64,000 bases of DNA from the human T2T-CHM13v2.0 reference genome, Homo sapiens. The notes below the pieces were generated by a model. That model had not been told where the DNA came from and did no database searches. It was given only the letters and a program-made list of their open reading frames with translations. A program made the translations under genes and the position numbers. The DNA lies in assembly GCF_009914755.1 (NCBI RefSeq), contig NC_060947.1. One strand, written 5' to 3'. This document shows, piece by piece, positions 15,307-33,540 of this stretch (its first letter is position 1; every line of letters starts with the position of its first letter).

Positions 15307-15804
15307 TCATATAGTTTGGATATTTGTCCCCGCCCAAATCTCATGTGGAATTGTAATCCCCAATGTTGGAGGTGGGGCCTGGTGGGAGGTGTTTGGGTCA
15401 TGGGGACAGTTCCCTCATGAATGGCTTGGACTATCCCCTTGCTGATGAGTGAGGTTTAGCTCCGAATTCACAAGATCTGGTCAGTTAAAAGTGTGTGGCA
15501 CCTCCTCCCCTGCTCACTCTCTCGCGCACTCTCTGTCTCTCTCTGCCACTCTCTCTCTCTCTGCCTCTCTCTCTCTGTCTCTGTGTGTGTGTGTCTGGCA
15601 CGCTCGCTTGCTCGCTCCTGTTTTCACCATGTGAAGTGCCTGCTCCCTCTCCCCCTTCCACCGTGAGTAAAAGCTTCCTGAGGCCTCCCCAGAAGCAAAT
15701 GCTTGTACCATGCTTCCTGTACAGCCCGCATTTAAACCTCTTTTCTTTATAAATTACCCAGTCTCAGGTATTTCCTTATGGCCATGCAAGAGTGGCCTAA
15801 TGCA
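15307..15804 (+). mobile_element. MaLR solo LTR (MSTB-like) with internal (CT)n(GT)n microsatellite
   Basis: Starts tcatatagtttggatatttgtcccc...aaatctcatg and ends aaattacccagtctcaggtattt...cctaatgca. Microsatellite at about 15515-15595. Confidence 0.88.
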
Positions 15805-16147
15805 GCCACCACTGATCCACTGAATCTGTGGCCCCTGCTTCTTCCCACCTTGGGCCTCAGACTCAGTGGGCAGTGGGTGCATTTGATTGGTGGAGCCCAG
15901 GTCATGCACCAAAGCCCTCGCTGCAGGAGAAGCTGGGAGAATACAGACTTGGCATTTTCTGCTCCTTGTGAGAGGCCTAAATCAGCCAACAGCATCCTAC
16001 TGCCCTGAGAATTAAACCTGACTCCTCCCCATCTCCACAGGACCCCAAACAGTCTCTTCCTCTGCACCCTATTTCCTCAATTTTCAGCACAAAAATGCCA
16101 AGCTCCAGCCCTTCTGGGGGCCAGGTTATGTGCCACGCCCTTGACCT

Positions 16148-16508
16148 AGTTAAAAAGAAATGTAATTAGATCAAAAGGCTGGGACAGCTCCCATGCCCTG
16201 GATTCCTACACAAGCAAACTTAAGCCCAACGTAAACAGTAAAGCAAAACACAAGTTTGGCCAAGGAGAAACTGCCATCTAACCTCTAACTAGGGACCACC
16301 CACTGTATCACACCCAAGTGAGGCAAACGCCTCACTGCAGCCGATTCAGGAGCTCCTTTCTCTGCCTCCACATTCCTCCTCCCGCTCTTTACGCGGCTGC
16401 AGCACAGCTCTCTGAACTCCCCATCACCAGTGCTGCCTGATCCGTGAACCCTTTCATGCTCAAATAAACTTTATTAAATGTATTTCGTCTAAAGTTTTTC
16501 TTTGAACA
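16148..16508 (+). mobile_element. ERV1-class solo LTR (MER34-like)
   Basis: 3' end ctcaaataaactttattaaatgtatttcgtctaaagtttttctttgaaca has AATAAA and a terminal CA, typical of the MER34 group. The 5' boundary is approximate. Confidence 0.6.
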
Positions 16509-17249
16509 GACTGCCAGTCTTTGCCCACTCGCAGCCTCTAGCTCTCAGCCTGTCACCGCTTCGGAGAGCACCCGGGCTCCTGCAGGTCCCCACTTCATTC
16601 TGCGCCTGCCTTGCCTCTCCTCTTCCTGGATAGCACATCTCCCGTCTCAGGTGGAGATCGGATGAATGTTTGCACCCATCCTCCCGGAAGCCCCACTAGG
16701 CTCTAGAGATTTGAAGTTGCTCATTATTGTTCCATAGTGACATTTTCAAGTTTTAGGATATCTCAAGTTTTAAAACATTTGGGGGTTTTAGGAAACCCCT
16801 GTAACTCTAATACTGGCTTTCTCATTGTGGGTGCTATTGACCTTGTGGGCAGGACTGATCTTTCTTGCATGGCCTCAGAAACACGTGACCCACGTTCAGA
16901 AGTCCTGAACCCTGAGGACGGAATGCCAGTGGCACCTTCCCCCAAATCGAGTAAACAACCAGCATCATTCCCACACATTTTTAAAAGCTGCAGGGAACAG
17001 GACAACACCAATCTAAGGACGAATGAAACCCCAAAACTTGACAATTCACCTATAAAATATAAGAAAAGCCCTTGTCGTGCCCTCGCATGCTGGTCAAAGT
17101 GCTCTCACTTACACTCTTTTTGGAGATGTCCCCCAGGGGTGCTGGGCAGGAATATTTTTCCTCTCCTCCATGCCCACCCCATCCCCAGCCAATCCCCCTC
17201 CCCTAGTTTCCCACAGCAGAGGCGAGACCGGCTGGAACACGGAATGAAA

Positions 17250-17255
17250 TTTATT
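17250..17255 (-). terminator. Polyadenylation signal AATAAA, likely PNMA6E 3' end
   Basis: tttatt on the plus strand, about 1.25 kb downstream of the PNMA6E stop. Preceded by U-rich sequence on the minus strand. Confidence 0.65.
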
Positions 17256-18499
17256 GAAGAGAAACATATACTGAAACTATTGAAGAGAAGGAAACCACAA
17301 TACAGAGAGAAACTGTAAACAGCCACCACAGGACACAGGTCCCAGGCCCCCTCCTCCTGGGGTTCCTGGCAAGGCACGTCATCTGCTCCCCCTCCCGCTG
17401 CTGCCCCCGCTGCCACCTCCCTCCTTCCCGAGGGCCCCAGGGTCTGCCTTTTGCCAGGACAGTGGACTCTGGCAGTGTCCACTGGCTTCAGGGAGCCCCC
17501 TCCTGAGCCCATCCCTATGGCCTTCACAGGACAGTCACAGAACACTGGGAAACACCAGGGAACACCCCACCAGGCTGAAGAAACTGAGTCACAAGTAACA
17601 ACAGGGGTGAAACGCCAAAGCATAGTTCTTGTGGATCCTCACGCAGCCCCGCTGTGCCCCGGGTCCGGTTCTTCTTCCCGCAGTCAGGGTCACCATCGTG
17701 GTCACGGGGTGAGCGTCCGCCGTGCCCTGGTGCCTCCTTCCCGCCATCTCCTGGGACTGCGCTGGGGGTCTCCGGGGAGAGGCTGCTCAGAGAAGAACAC
17801 ACGCAGCTCCACGAGAACAAGCAGCCCCTGGCCTAGATCTACGCCAGGAAAGCAGAGGTGGTGCTCACGATGCAGGACAGCAGCAAGCAGAGCCTGGGCT
17901 CGCAGGAAGCTCACAGCACGTGCCCCGGGCCCAGAGGTGGCCGCCTGCATGGGCGCACAGTACATGACTTTTCGCAGAAATGATGGCTAGCAGTGGGTGG
18001 GCGTCTGCTGGGCGCGTGGGTCACACAGGTGAGGGTGAGCTTCCCGGAACAGAGGGCAGCCTGCCCCGGAGATGGCAAGTGGGCTGACCCCTCTTGAGAG
18101 ACCCAGGCAGCTGGCAACCTTGAGAGGGCCTCTTTCCCCCTGTCTCTCCCAACTCACGGCCTGGGTTGGGGGCAGACATCTTCAGGTGCCCCCACCCAGG
18201 CCACAGCTGCCCACTCAGGGCTCCCTCCAGGCCAGCCCCCCGTGGCGGCAGGGTTTGGGGCTGGGGCTGGGTGTGCTGGGTGCAAGGGAGCGGGGGGGCG
18301 CCTCTCCCCACCCCATTTTGTATCAAACGTGGTCATCCGGGTCACAGGGAAGGAATGGGGGTGGTGGCCAGAGCCCCTTGGGGGAGGTGGGGGGCCCTTA
18401 CTCCTGAATGTGGGGTGAGGGACTGGCCCTGGCCTGGCCTCTGTCTGCCTCCAAGGCGCTGCTGCCTGAGAGGAGAGGAGGCCCCGGGGCCCTAGGAGC

Positions 18500-20566
<2,067 letters not shown>

Positions 20567-20579
20567 TCATCTGCCCCTA

Positions 20580-21720
<1,141 letters not shown>

Positions 21721-21779
21721 TTGCCCTTGTCATGAATCCGTATTTTCTACAGAGGCCAAGGTCTGCCCCCTCCAACCAC

Positions 21780-23694
<1,915 letters not shown>

Positions 23695-24977
23695 CCCTAT
23701 GTTTTTATTGATCCCTTTTCTAGCAGTAACAATGACTGGGGCAGGAGTGTTAAAATCTCCAATTATAATTGTGAAGATGCCGATTTCTGTCTTTATTCTG
23801 TCAACTTTTGTTTTATGTATTTTGAAGCTCTGAAGCTCTGTTATTGGGTGCAAACATATGTATGAATTCGATGTGTTCCTGATTAATTGATCCTTGTATC
23901 ATTATTACCTTTTATTTTACCTTTTCAGCAATAACATTTTGCATTGTTTTCTAGTGGTTGCTCTAGGGATTCCTATATATATCCTTTACTTTTCACTCTC
24001 TACTTACAGTTTACATTGTACCACATCACCTAAATTTAAGACCATTTTCATTATACAGATTACTGCCCCCTGCACCCCGTCCTTTATGCTATAGTTGTCA
24101 TATATATATCTACATGTTATAAACCCTATAATACATTATTTATAATTTTACCTTAAACTGTCATGTGTATTATAAATAACTTATAAAGATAAAATAAATA
24201 TTCCTTGATATTTACCCACATATTTTGTTATTCATTTCTACCCAAAGATCGAGATTTCCTTCTTTTCCTTAAGATCGAAAGTCTTTCTGTAGCATTTATT
24301 TTAATGCAAGTCTGTTGATGAATTCTCTTAGCTTTCATGTATCTCGAAACATCCTTATTTCACCTTCATTCTTGAGGAGTATTTTCCCTGGATATAGATA
24401 CAGAGTTCTGAGTTGAAAGGATTGTTTCTTCTCTCTCACCACTTTAAAGATCCTGTTCCATTCTCTCTTGGTTTCCATTACTTCTGATGAGAATTCAGTA
24501 GAACTTGTGAATGTTCTCTTCTTCTTCGAGTTGCATTTTACTGTTTTCACAATTCACTCATTACTCTTTGTTTTCGGTACTTTGACTGCAATGTGCCTAC
24601 ACGTGTTTTTTCTTTGTATTTATCTTCCTTGGAATTCACTGAGCTCCTTGAATCTGTAAATTATGTCTATCTCCAAATTTTGGAAATTTCAGTCATTATT
24701 TCTTCGAGTAGTTTTTCTTCCCCATTCTCTCCCTTCTCTCCTAGGAGTCCATATACACATTCATTAGACCTCTATATATTGTCCCACAGCTCACTGAGGC
24801 GCCCTTTTCATTTTTTCCTCTTGGTTTTTCAGAAAAGATTATTTCTATTTATCTGTAAGTTTGCAACTCACCTGTCATCTACAATGTTATTAAGATCATC
24901 CAGTGAAGATTTTACTTCCAATGTTGTTTTTCAGTTCAGAACTTACCCTTGGTTCTTTACTTACACTTGCAACTTAC

Positions 24978-25170
24978 ACAGTCCTTGATTTATGACGGTT
25001 TGACTTATGATTTTTCAACTTTACACTGGCTTTACTGGGACATCACCCCAACCTAAGTCAAGGAGCATCTGGGTTTATCGGGACATTAAATGCATTTTCA
25101 AATTACCATATTTTTGACTTACTACTGGTTTGTCAGGACTTAACCACAGTAAGTCAAGGAACATCTATAG
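24978..25170 (-). mobile_element. TcMar-Tigger DNA transposon fragment (Tigger5/MER47-like)
   Basis: Terminal motif taagtcaaggagcatctg appears twice (about 25054-25071 and 25150-25167), with gggtttatcgggac and aaatgcattttc. Confidence 0.6.
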
Positions 25171-25255
25171 TTTCTATTTCTCTTCTGAAATTTCCTATTT
25201 GAAAAAATTCATAATCAGTGAGCAGTGAGATGGGTTTAAAAAAAAATGTTAGGTG

Positions 25256-25906
<651 letters not shown>

Positions 25907-26899
25907 TAGGGTCATCTCAGAGGTTGGATTCTCTTGAATGCTTTTTTCCTTGAGTATCAGGACAATTCTTGTTTCTTGTAGTAATCTAGCATTATATCCT
26001 AGACACTGTCCATAATGAGTTCTAGTAGCTTTGGCTTCTTGGTTTCTGTTATATTTCTCCGAAGATGAGTCATTGTTTGTTATTGTTGTTGTGGTGGTGG
26101 TGGTGGTGGCGGTGGTGGTTTGTTGTCCTAGTAGACAACTAAACTAGCTAAACTCACACTAAGTCTCCCCTGTGTTGGGTATCAACTGCAATCTCCAGAC
26201 TCCGTTTCCACGGTATTGGGCATCAGCTGAAACCTCTGCTCAGTTCTTTTCTTGGACTCTGCCTTGTGTATTAATAGCCCTGGGGTCAGCCAGAGATTTG
26301 GGCCAAGTGTACAGGCCAAATACGGGGCTCCTCCACATGGTGCTTCTCTGCTCCCAGGTGATACCCCTCATGCTTTCCCTCTCCCGTGGCCATCCCAAAG
26401 TCTACTCTCTGAGTCTCTGAGTTTTGGTCACCCAGCACGGTGTCCTCTGTGGCCCATGCTCACATGTAAGAAACTCACCTAGTGCCGGTCTCTTCTTCGA
26501 GGTGTTAACCCCCTATGGTTTCTGCCTCTACTGCTTAGTCCCTCATGCCATCAGAAGGTTTTGTTGTTAGTATTTCATCCTGGTTTCATAGATGTCATCT
26601 GTGGGAGGGTTGGTCTGATAGGAGTGACTCCACCATTGCCGAAGGCAGAACCTGACTTAAGTTTTAACAAGATCCCTGGGGCCAACACTATGGCAAGTTT
26701 TAACAAGATGCCCCGGATGACAGTTTCGCTGTCGCCTTGTGAGTGACCCTAAGCCGGAACCTCCCAGCTAAGCCACCAGGAGTAATTTGTTATGTAGTGA
26801 TAGATAACTAAGGCTCTAACCCCCACTTTGCTTCAAGTGTTGTCGCCTCTCCAACCCATCCTCTCATTCATGGGACCTGATGCAGTTATCATAGGTGAC

Positions 26900-27491
26900 T
26901 AAAAAGAGGATTTGAAGAATACGTCCACAAACTCTGTGATACTCCCCTTTCAAGAGGTGTAGCTGGATCCCTCTCCCTTTGAGTGGAGTCTAGACTTAGT
27001 AACAAAGAGTTCAGCAGAATCTGTGGGCTGTAACTGGCAAGCGTGGCTTCTCAGAGAAGGCAGCGTGTGTCTTGGGTGCTCTCTCTTACCTTCTTGCACT
27101 TGTTTCCCCTTTCTCCTTTCCTCCCCCGCCCTTTCCTCCCTCCCTCTCCCTTTCCCCACCCTTCACTCTGTCTCCCCACACACACATAGATCCCCCTGCC
27201 TCTCTCACTCTCTCTCTCTCCCTCACCCCCCAAAATAGATCACTGTTTTGCAGGAAGCCCTGCTATGAGCAGCCCTATGGAGAGGCCCACGTGCTGAGGA
27301 ACTGAGCTACTTGCCAACAGCCATGTAGCCACGTGAGTAAGCCTGGAAGTGGATCCCTCAGCCCCAATTAAGTCTCAGAGGCTGCTGCCCTGGATGAAAG
27401 TTTCACTGTTGCCTCATGAGTGACCCTAACCCAGAACCCCTCAGCTAAGCCATTGGGAGTAATTTGTTATGTAACAATAGATAACTAATAC
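26900..27491 (+). mobile_element. MaLR LTR (MLT1-type)
   Basis: gagcagccctatggagaggcccacgtg...gaggaactgag...ccaacagcc...gtaatttgttatgtaacaatagataactaatac. Confidence 0.7.
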
Positions 27492-28974
27492 TCTAATATC
27501 CCCTTAATGCCCAGCAGTCTACAGTGGCCGGTGAGATTTCCTCCAAGCCTACTCTTCTGAGCAGCATTGTCTTAGTAAATGGCACCAAAAGTCACCCAGG
27601 GAGGCATTGCCTGGTGGGCCATCAATCCCGCAAGTAATATGAAGCCTCTAAATATTCATAACCATGAACAGACACCAATCTTAGAGGAAAGATGAAGTAA
27701 GAAGAGTCAAAAAAGGACTCTGCAGAGAGCTGCTCAAGTTCTGAGAAGCAAACCAAGGGCCAGTGGCATCCTGAGCCCGGGGAGGGGAGCATTTAAAGCA
27801 GCGGGAGATTCGACGGCATCGGCGGAGAGCTAGTCCCTCAGGGTTCTCAGTTGCACATAACAGGAACAGACTGGCTGATGGAAGCCCAGGGAAAACCAGC
27901 TAGAGGGTATCCCACAGGCGTACCTCGGGCCTCACACTCAGTGGGTAGTGGGTGTATCTGATTGGTAGAGCCTGGGTTAGGTGCCCATGCCATAGCTACA
28001 AGGGAAGCTGGGAAAGCCCAGACATTTTCCACTCCTCTTTTGGGAGGGAAGCTCCCCATCAGGTGAGAGAATTGCATGTGCAAAGGTCCTGGAGCTGGAA
28101 GGGACATGGAGAGTACTGGGCTGAAAGGTCGGTGTGACTGCAGGGTTGGGGATGCCACGCACCAATGCTGCGGAGGCCAGACAGTGCAGACCTCATGGAC
28201 CTCAGAGGGGTTTCATCTTCATCCTGAAAAAGCTGAGAACTCACTGACAGATGTGAAGCCAGTGCTGCACATGCACGCACAGACATGTATTTGTGTGAGT
28301 GACACGAACTCATTGCATTCTAAAGAGTTATCTCTGGTTTCTTTGTGGAGAAATTATTTGGGGACCAGAGTGGATGCAGTAAGACTAGCTAAGGGTGGCT
28401 GGAGTTGTCCTGTGAGAGATAACTAGCCTAGATGACATCAAGGACAGTGTCATGGAGCAGATAGAGAGGGTCCGTTTAACAGACCTAAAACGTGCAGAGA
28501 ACTAACCAGACACCGTGAATGATGGGAGGTGGAGGGTGGGCAAGGGATGTATCCCCACTTTCTGGCCTTTGACACAGGCGTGTTCCATTCACTGCAGCTG
28601 GGGACTTGGTAAGAGCGCTAGCCCTGGCACGAGATCACAAGCTCAGTTTTGGATGTGTGCATTGGCGCATCCAAGTGCAAATACCAAAAAAGCAGGTGCA
28701 TCCAGGTGGGGACATGCCAGGCACTGAGGCTGGGGAGGCCAGCCAAGAGGCCAGGCACAGCCACGCTCCAGCTCAGCCTCCGGGCCAGTAGATGGCTAAG
28801 CCTTCTCCTCTGCCAGGAAGTCTTGGCAAGGCTGGGTGACTCTTCAGCTCCTTACCCTTGGTGACCCTCCTGGCTTTGGTCCCTATCACCTGAAGGAATG
28901 TCTGGAGACTAGACACTGCTGGCTGCCCTCCCAGCAGCCATTCCCCCTCTTTTTTCCTCAGTGGACTCCTGCTT

Positions 28975-29264
<290 letters not shown>

Positions 29265-31567
29265 AGAAGCCCCTTTTTGTTCCAGCCTCCGTCCCTCCCC
29301 CACGTGGCTCAGGGCATGGTGACTCCCATCCCCAAATCCACAGGTGGCTCCTGATTGGTTCAAATGCAGCTGCACATGTGTTCCTGGGGCAACTGTTAGT
29401 GATCCGAGCAGTCCATGGCCCAAATGGCCCAGTCAGACCAAAGGGAAGTTTTCAGATTTTATCCACAGAGGAGGGGCCTCTCTTTCCTTGAGCAGGAACA
29501 AGGAAGCACGTGATCCCAGCGGACACTGACAGACATTCTCTAGCACACAGGCAGCAGCCTGAAGCCAGAGCCAAGACTTGAGGTTGGAAAGAGGCTGGGG
29601 CCTGGGTGACAGCTCAGGACAGTGAAGCCACTGGAGGGGGCACCATAAGGATAGCTGTGGCCACACTGGGAGGGATAGTTGAGAAACAGTTGTGATCAGA
29701 CTGGGAGAGTCAGTGAAGGGAGAGGGAGGCCGTCCTGGGAGGGACAGTGAGAACGGCAGTGGCCACACTGAAGAGGATCAGCAGAGGGCCAGTGGTGGCT
29801 CCCCTCTGGGACATTCAGGAACCGGAGCCACAGCTGCAGCCATGAGAGAAGCTGCCACTCAGGCAGTGGACGGCCACCTCCTGGGGCAGGTGCCCAGCTG
29901 AGCTTCAGGGCCTCAGGCTTCTGAAGGCCAAGACGGCCTGCCCTGAGGCCTGGGCATTGCTCCCTCCTGGCACCCAGGCCTGACACTATTGCCCCTACCG
30001 GCCTCATCCTGAGGGTCCCATCAATCCTCAGGGGTCGCAGGGTTGGACAAACTGGCCCACATGACACAAGGCATTCTCCATGCCATGAGCCACGCAGTAC
30101 TCCGACCCTTCTGCAGGGTCAAGGAGCAACCTGCGTGACCTGAGGCATTGCCGCGTGCATTCCATCCCCTGCTTTCCCCAGAGCCACTGTCTCCTGGGAC
30201 TGCAGCCTGGACATCCCCTCCCCCACTCACTGGCTGCACCCCATCTACAGCACTTTTCTGGCAGGGGGGCGGAGGCAGGAGTTGCAAAAACAGCTCATCC
30301 AGTCCAGACACACATCCTGTCCCCACAGGAGCTCACAGTCGCCATCACCCTCAGTGGATATCTGAGGCTGGCAGCATATTCCCAAGGCTCTGCATGCAGC
30401 CCAAGACCACCTCCCTCCAAGGGCACTCCAGCAGAGCAGTCAGCCACAGCCCAGCTGACCCCTGGGAGAGGTGCCGCCCTGACCCCTGCCCTGCTGTGAA
30501 GGTGGCTTACAGCCCCCTTTGGCCTGGCCTTCCCCAACTTGCTCACTCACTTCCCACAGACAGCTTGACGTCACCCTGGACCTCCCTGCTGGGCCCCTGG
30601 GAACCTGCTGTGGCTTGGGAGACCGGCTGCCAACCTGCCCCCAGGAGGGGGCTGCCTGTGACCTGGCGGGTGCCCACGGCACAGTGGGCAGCACCACAGC
30701 TGTGGGAAAGCGCCCACTCCCCTGCCCCCCGGCTACCTCACCTGCCCGTCCTGGGCCAGCCTAGGGCAAGGGGAGAACGGGAGACCAGAGCTGGGGAGCA
30801 GCCAGGCCAGCCGGACTGTGAGAGGGCTAGGTGTGGTGGGAACCCAGGGAGGAAAGGGGACCTCCCCACTTCCAGACCCCAACTCTTCCTCCCCAGGTTC
30901 TGAATCCGGGTTTGCTGCCCGGGAGGCCCTGCCCCTGCCTAAAGCAGAGATGGAGATACCTCTCTCAGGAGGCCCCAGGCCTCAGGGCCACAATAAGGGG
31001 AGTGGAGAGGAGGAGAGAGGGCCGTGTGAGGACCGCCGGGAGGGCCCGTGTGCCCTGTCATCCTCTCTAGGTTGGGCATGGGTTTGCAGTTCTTTACAGT
31101 AAAAAACTGAAAACATGCTGGAAGGGAGATTGATCTCCCGACAGGATCGTGGGCTTGTCAAGGTCGTCTTCACTTGCTCTAGGCGTCGCGCTCTTCAGCT
31201 GACCGCGCTGCCACCTCCACCACCAATGTGTCCACACACGCGGTGCCAACAATGGTGCACACGGTGGCCCCTGCTCCCCCATTTCTAAGCTTGTGTGGGA
31301 CCCGCAGCCCAGTGCACATGGCCCTTTCTCTTGCAGTGGAAGTGGGGTGCACTCCCAGGGGCCCCCTTCCCCTGCCCGAGGCACACACTCCCCAGCCTCC
31401 ATGCAGGTTGGCCGCTCACACTCTCTGGAAATGAGCCAAGGACAACAGGAGCTGCCTTCCCAAGGTCGCCCCAGTCCCCACCAGGTTACTGGATGATGCG
31501 GGTGCAAAGGTCCCCCCGCTCCCTGCCTCCATGGCCCAGGAGGACTCTGGGCTCAGCCTATTCCCTC

Positions 31568-31972
31568 GTGTCGGAGTGGCCTGGGCTGCCGCAGCAAATG
31601 ACCACAAACCGCTTGGCTTCAGCCAACAGGAATTGACTCTCCCAGTTCTGGAGGCCGGAGTCCAGAATCGGGCGCTTCCTCCGGTGGCTCTGGGGGTGGA
31701 TCCACCCACCTCTTCCAGCTTCTGGGGGCCCTGGGCACTCCCCACCTTCGCCTCCACATGGCCTTCTCTGTGTCTCTCTCTCCTGTCTCTTCTAAGGAAA
31801 CTGTCCTTGGATTTGGGGCCCCCTGGATCATCTGGGTTGCTCTCATCTCCACATCCTCAATTTAATGACATCTGCAGACACCCTTTATTTGCATATAAGG
31901 CCCTGATCACAGTGCCTGGGTGTTAAGATATGGATGTATCTTTCAAGGGGCACCAACCAGTCACCCCACAAC
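31568..31972 (-). mobile_element. MaLR LTR (MLT1C-like)
   Basis: gggctgccgcagcaaatgaccacaaac...cagttctggaggccggagtccag...ggatttggggccc...acatctgcaga. Confidence 0.7.
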
Positions 31973-32859
31973 ATCTCAACAGCCCAGATCCCAGCCTGCC
32001 CAGCCAGAGCCCCGGTGAAGGGACAAGCTTGGGCACCAGGACACACAGCTGAGGGCCACCGGGAGCCTCCCTGCCTCTGCGCCGGGAAAGGGGCTCCGAA
32101 GCTCTCCCTGCACTGGGCCCCCTGGGGGCCCTGCTCCCTGCAACCGGAGGTTCCCTGAGCAGCGTCCTCGCCCTTCCCCTATGCCCCAGATGGACGGCTT
32201 TTGTTCTGGGAGCGCAGGCTTGCCGAGGGCTCCTTGCTGCGGGCTAAGTGCTCCTGGCCAGGGCCCAGGGTCTCTGAAGAAAAGAAACCCCTGAACTCTG
32301 GTTCAAAGGCCAAGGAGGCTCCCGCCTCGTGCTCAGTTCCCAGTGGCCGGGGCTGGGATATGTGATGTGGCTGATTTTTCCCTGTTGCTTTTCTTTTACG
32401 GTCTTTTTCATACGCTTCACTATTTGTCAAAGGTCTCACAATTGTCATCAGAGCAATATCCCAACCAACCTTGGATTTCACTCCCTGCTCTACCACGTGG
32501 AGCATGACCCTTTGGAAAATGACAAACTCCAGGTGCGATCCCCTCCGGTAACCTGAGGGAAAGCCAGATGCACCCAGAGGGTCTTGGCTTCTTGCACTTC
32601 CCTGACCTCCTTTTTCCCCTCCTCGTGTCTCCACACCATGCTCCCTGAGTCACCTTTCACCTCTTCCCCGCTCTCTGATCCTTGCCATCCTGGGTCACTC
32701 CTTTACTGAGTGACCATGGCCGGGGTACTTGGTGCTAGCTGCCCTGCAGAGGTCCCGGGGACCCCAGCGAGATGAATAACTGAATGAATGGACGTAATAA
32801 CGCCCAGGGGTCTAGCCCATGGGAGGTGTTCTGCCAACGCGGGTCCCTCCCGTCCCCTT

Positions 32860-33540
32860 CAGGAGCCGCGGTGCGCTGACCACTTCGACCCCAGCCTTCA
32901 GAGCAGCCCAGACAGAAAGCGGAAGTGCCTCGGGGCGCGTGGGGAGCCAGGCCAGACGCCCCTGTGGGGCGGGCGCGGGGCGGGCCGCCATCCCTCTGCG
33001 CCGCGCATGCTCCATGCCCCCCCCACAACGCGCCCCGTTCCCACGCTGCCGCCGCCCCGGCCCCGCCCGCTCCCGGCCCGCTCGTCGGCGCACCAGACTG
33101 AGACTCCCCTTCAGGACGCTCTTCGCGAGCGGTACCCAGAGGCGAAGTCGAGACAAGCCCAGGAGCCCCCACCCCCCGCCCGCGTTTCCTGGGGACGCGG
33201 CCTCGGAGGGCTTCTAGGAGGAGGCGGCGGCCTTGGCCTCGGGCCTGCCGGGAGCAGGAAGGGAGGCCAACTCCCTCGGCTGCCCGCCGAGCCCAGGTAA
33301 GAGGGCCGAGCTGGGCCGCAGGGGTGCGGGTAAGCGGGTAAGGGGCCCGTCTCGGCAGGGTGCAGGTGTCGAGGGGGACGAGGGAGCTGCGGCGGCGGCG
33401 ACAAGCAGGGACTCCCTGGGAGGCGGGCTAGCACTGAGTGGCCGGACCAGCCCTCGGGGCCGCCCCGTACCAGGGGCGCCAGGGGAGAAGAGCCATCCAG
33501 GGCTGGGCGCTGGGAGCTGCGGCCCGTGTCTGTCAATTTC
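32860..33540 (+). promoter_or_regulatory. CpG-island promoter and likely first exon of ZFP92
   Basis: Dense CpG. ETS motif gcggaagtg (32919-32927), GC boxes (32966-32986) and NRF1-like gcgcatgc (33003-33010). Donor CAG|GTAAGA at 33296/33297, and a possible 49-nt UTR exon at 33560-33608 (ttccag|...CTG|GTGAGT). Confidence 0.8.

Noticed and set aside
16148-16508. LTR downstream of PNMA6E as a remnant of the original Gypsy element
   Set aside because: It resembles an ERV1-class solo LTR in the opposite orientation with no partner LTR upstream, so it is a later independent insertion.
32179-32653. Minus-strand ORF containing RKRKAT, reminiscent of Xlr/SYCP3-family N-termini
   Set aside because: It is a six-residue basic match only, with no coiled-coil domain or exon structure.
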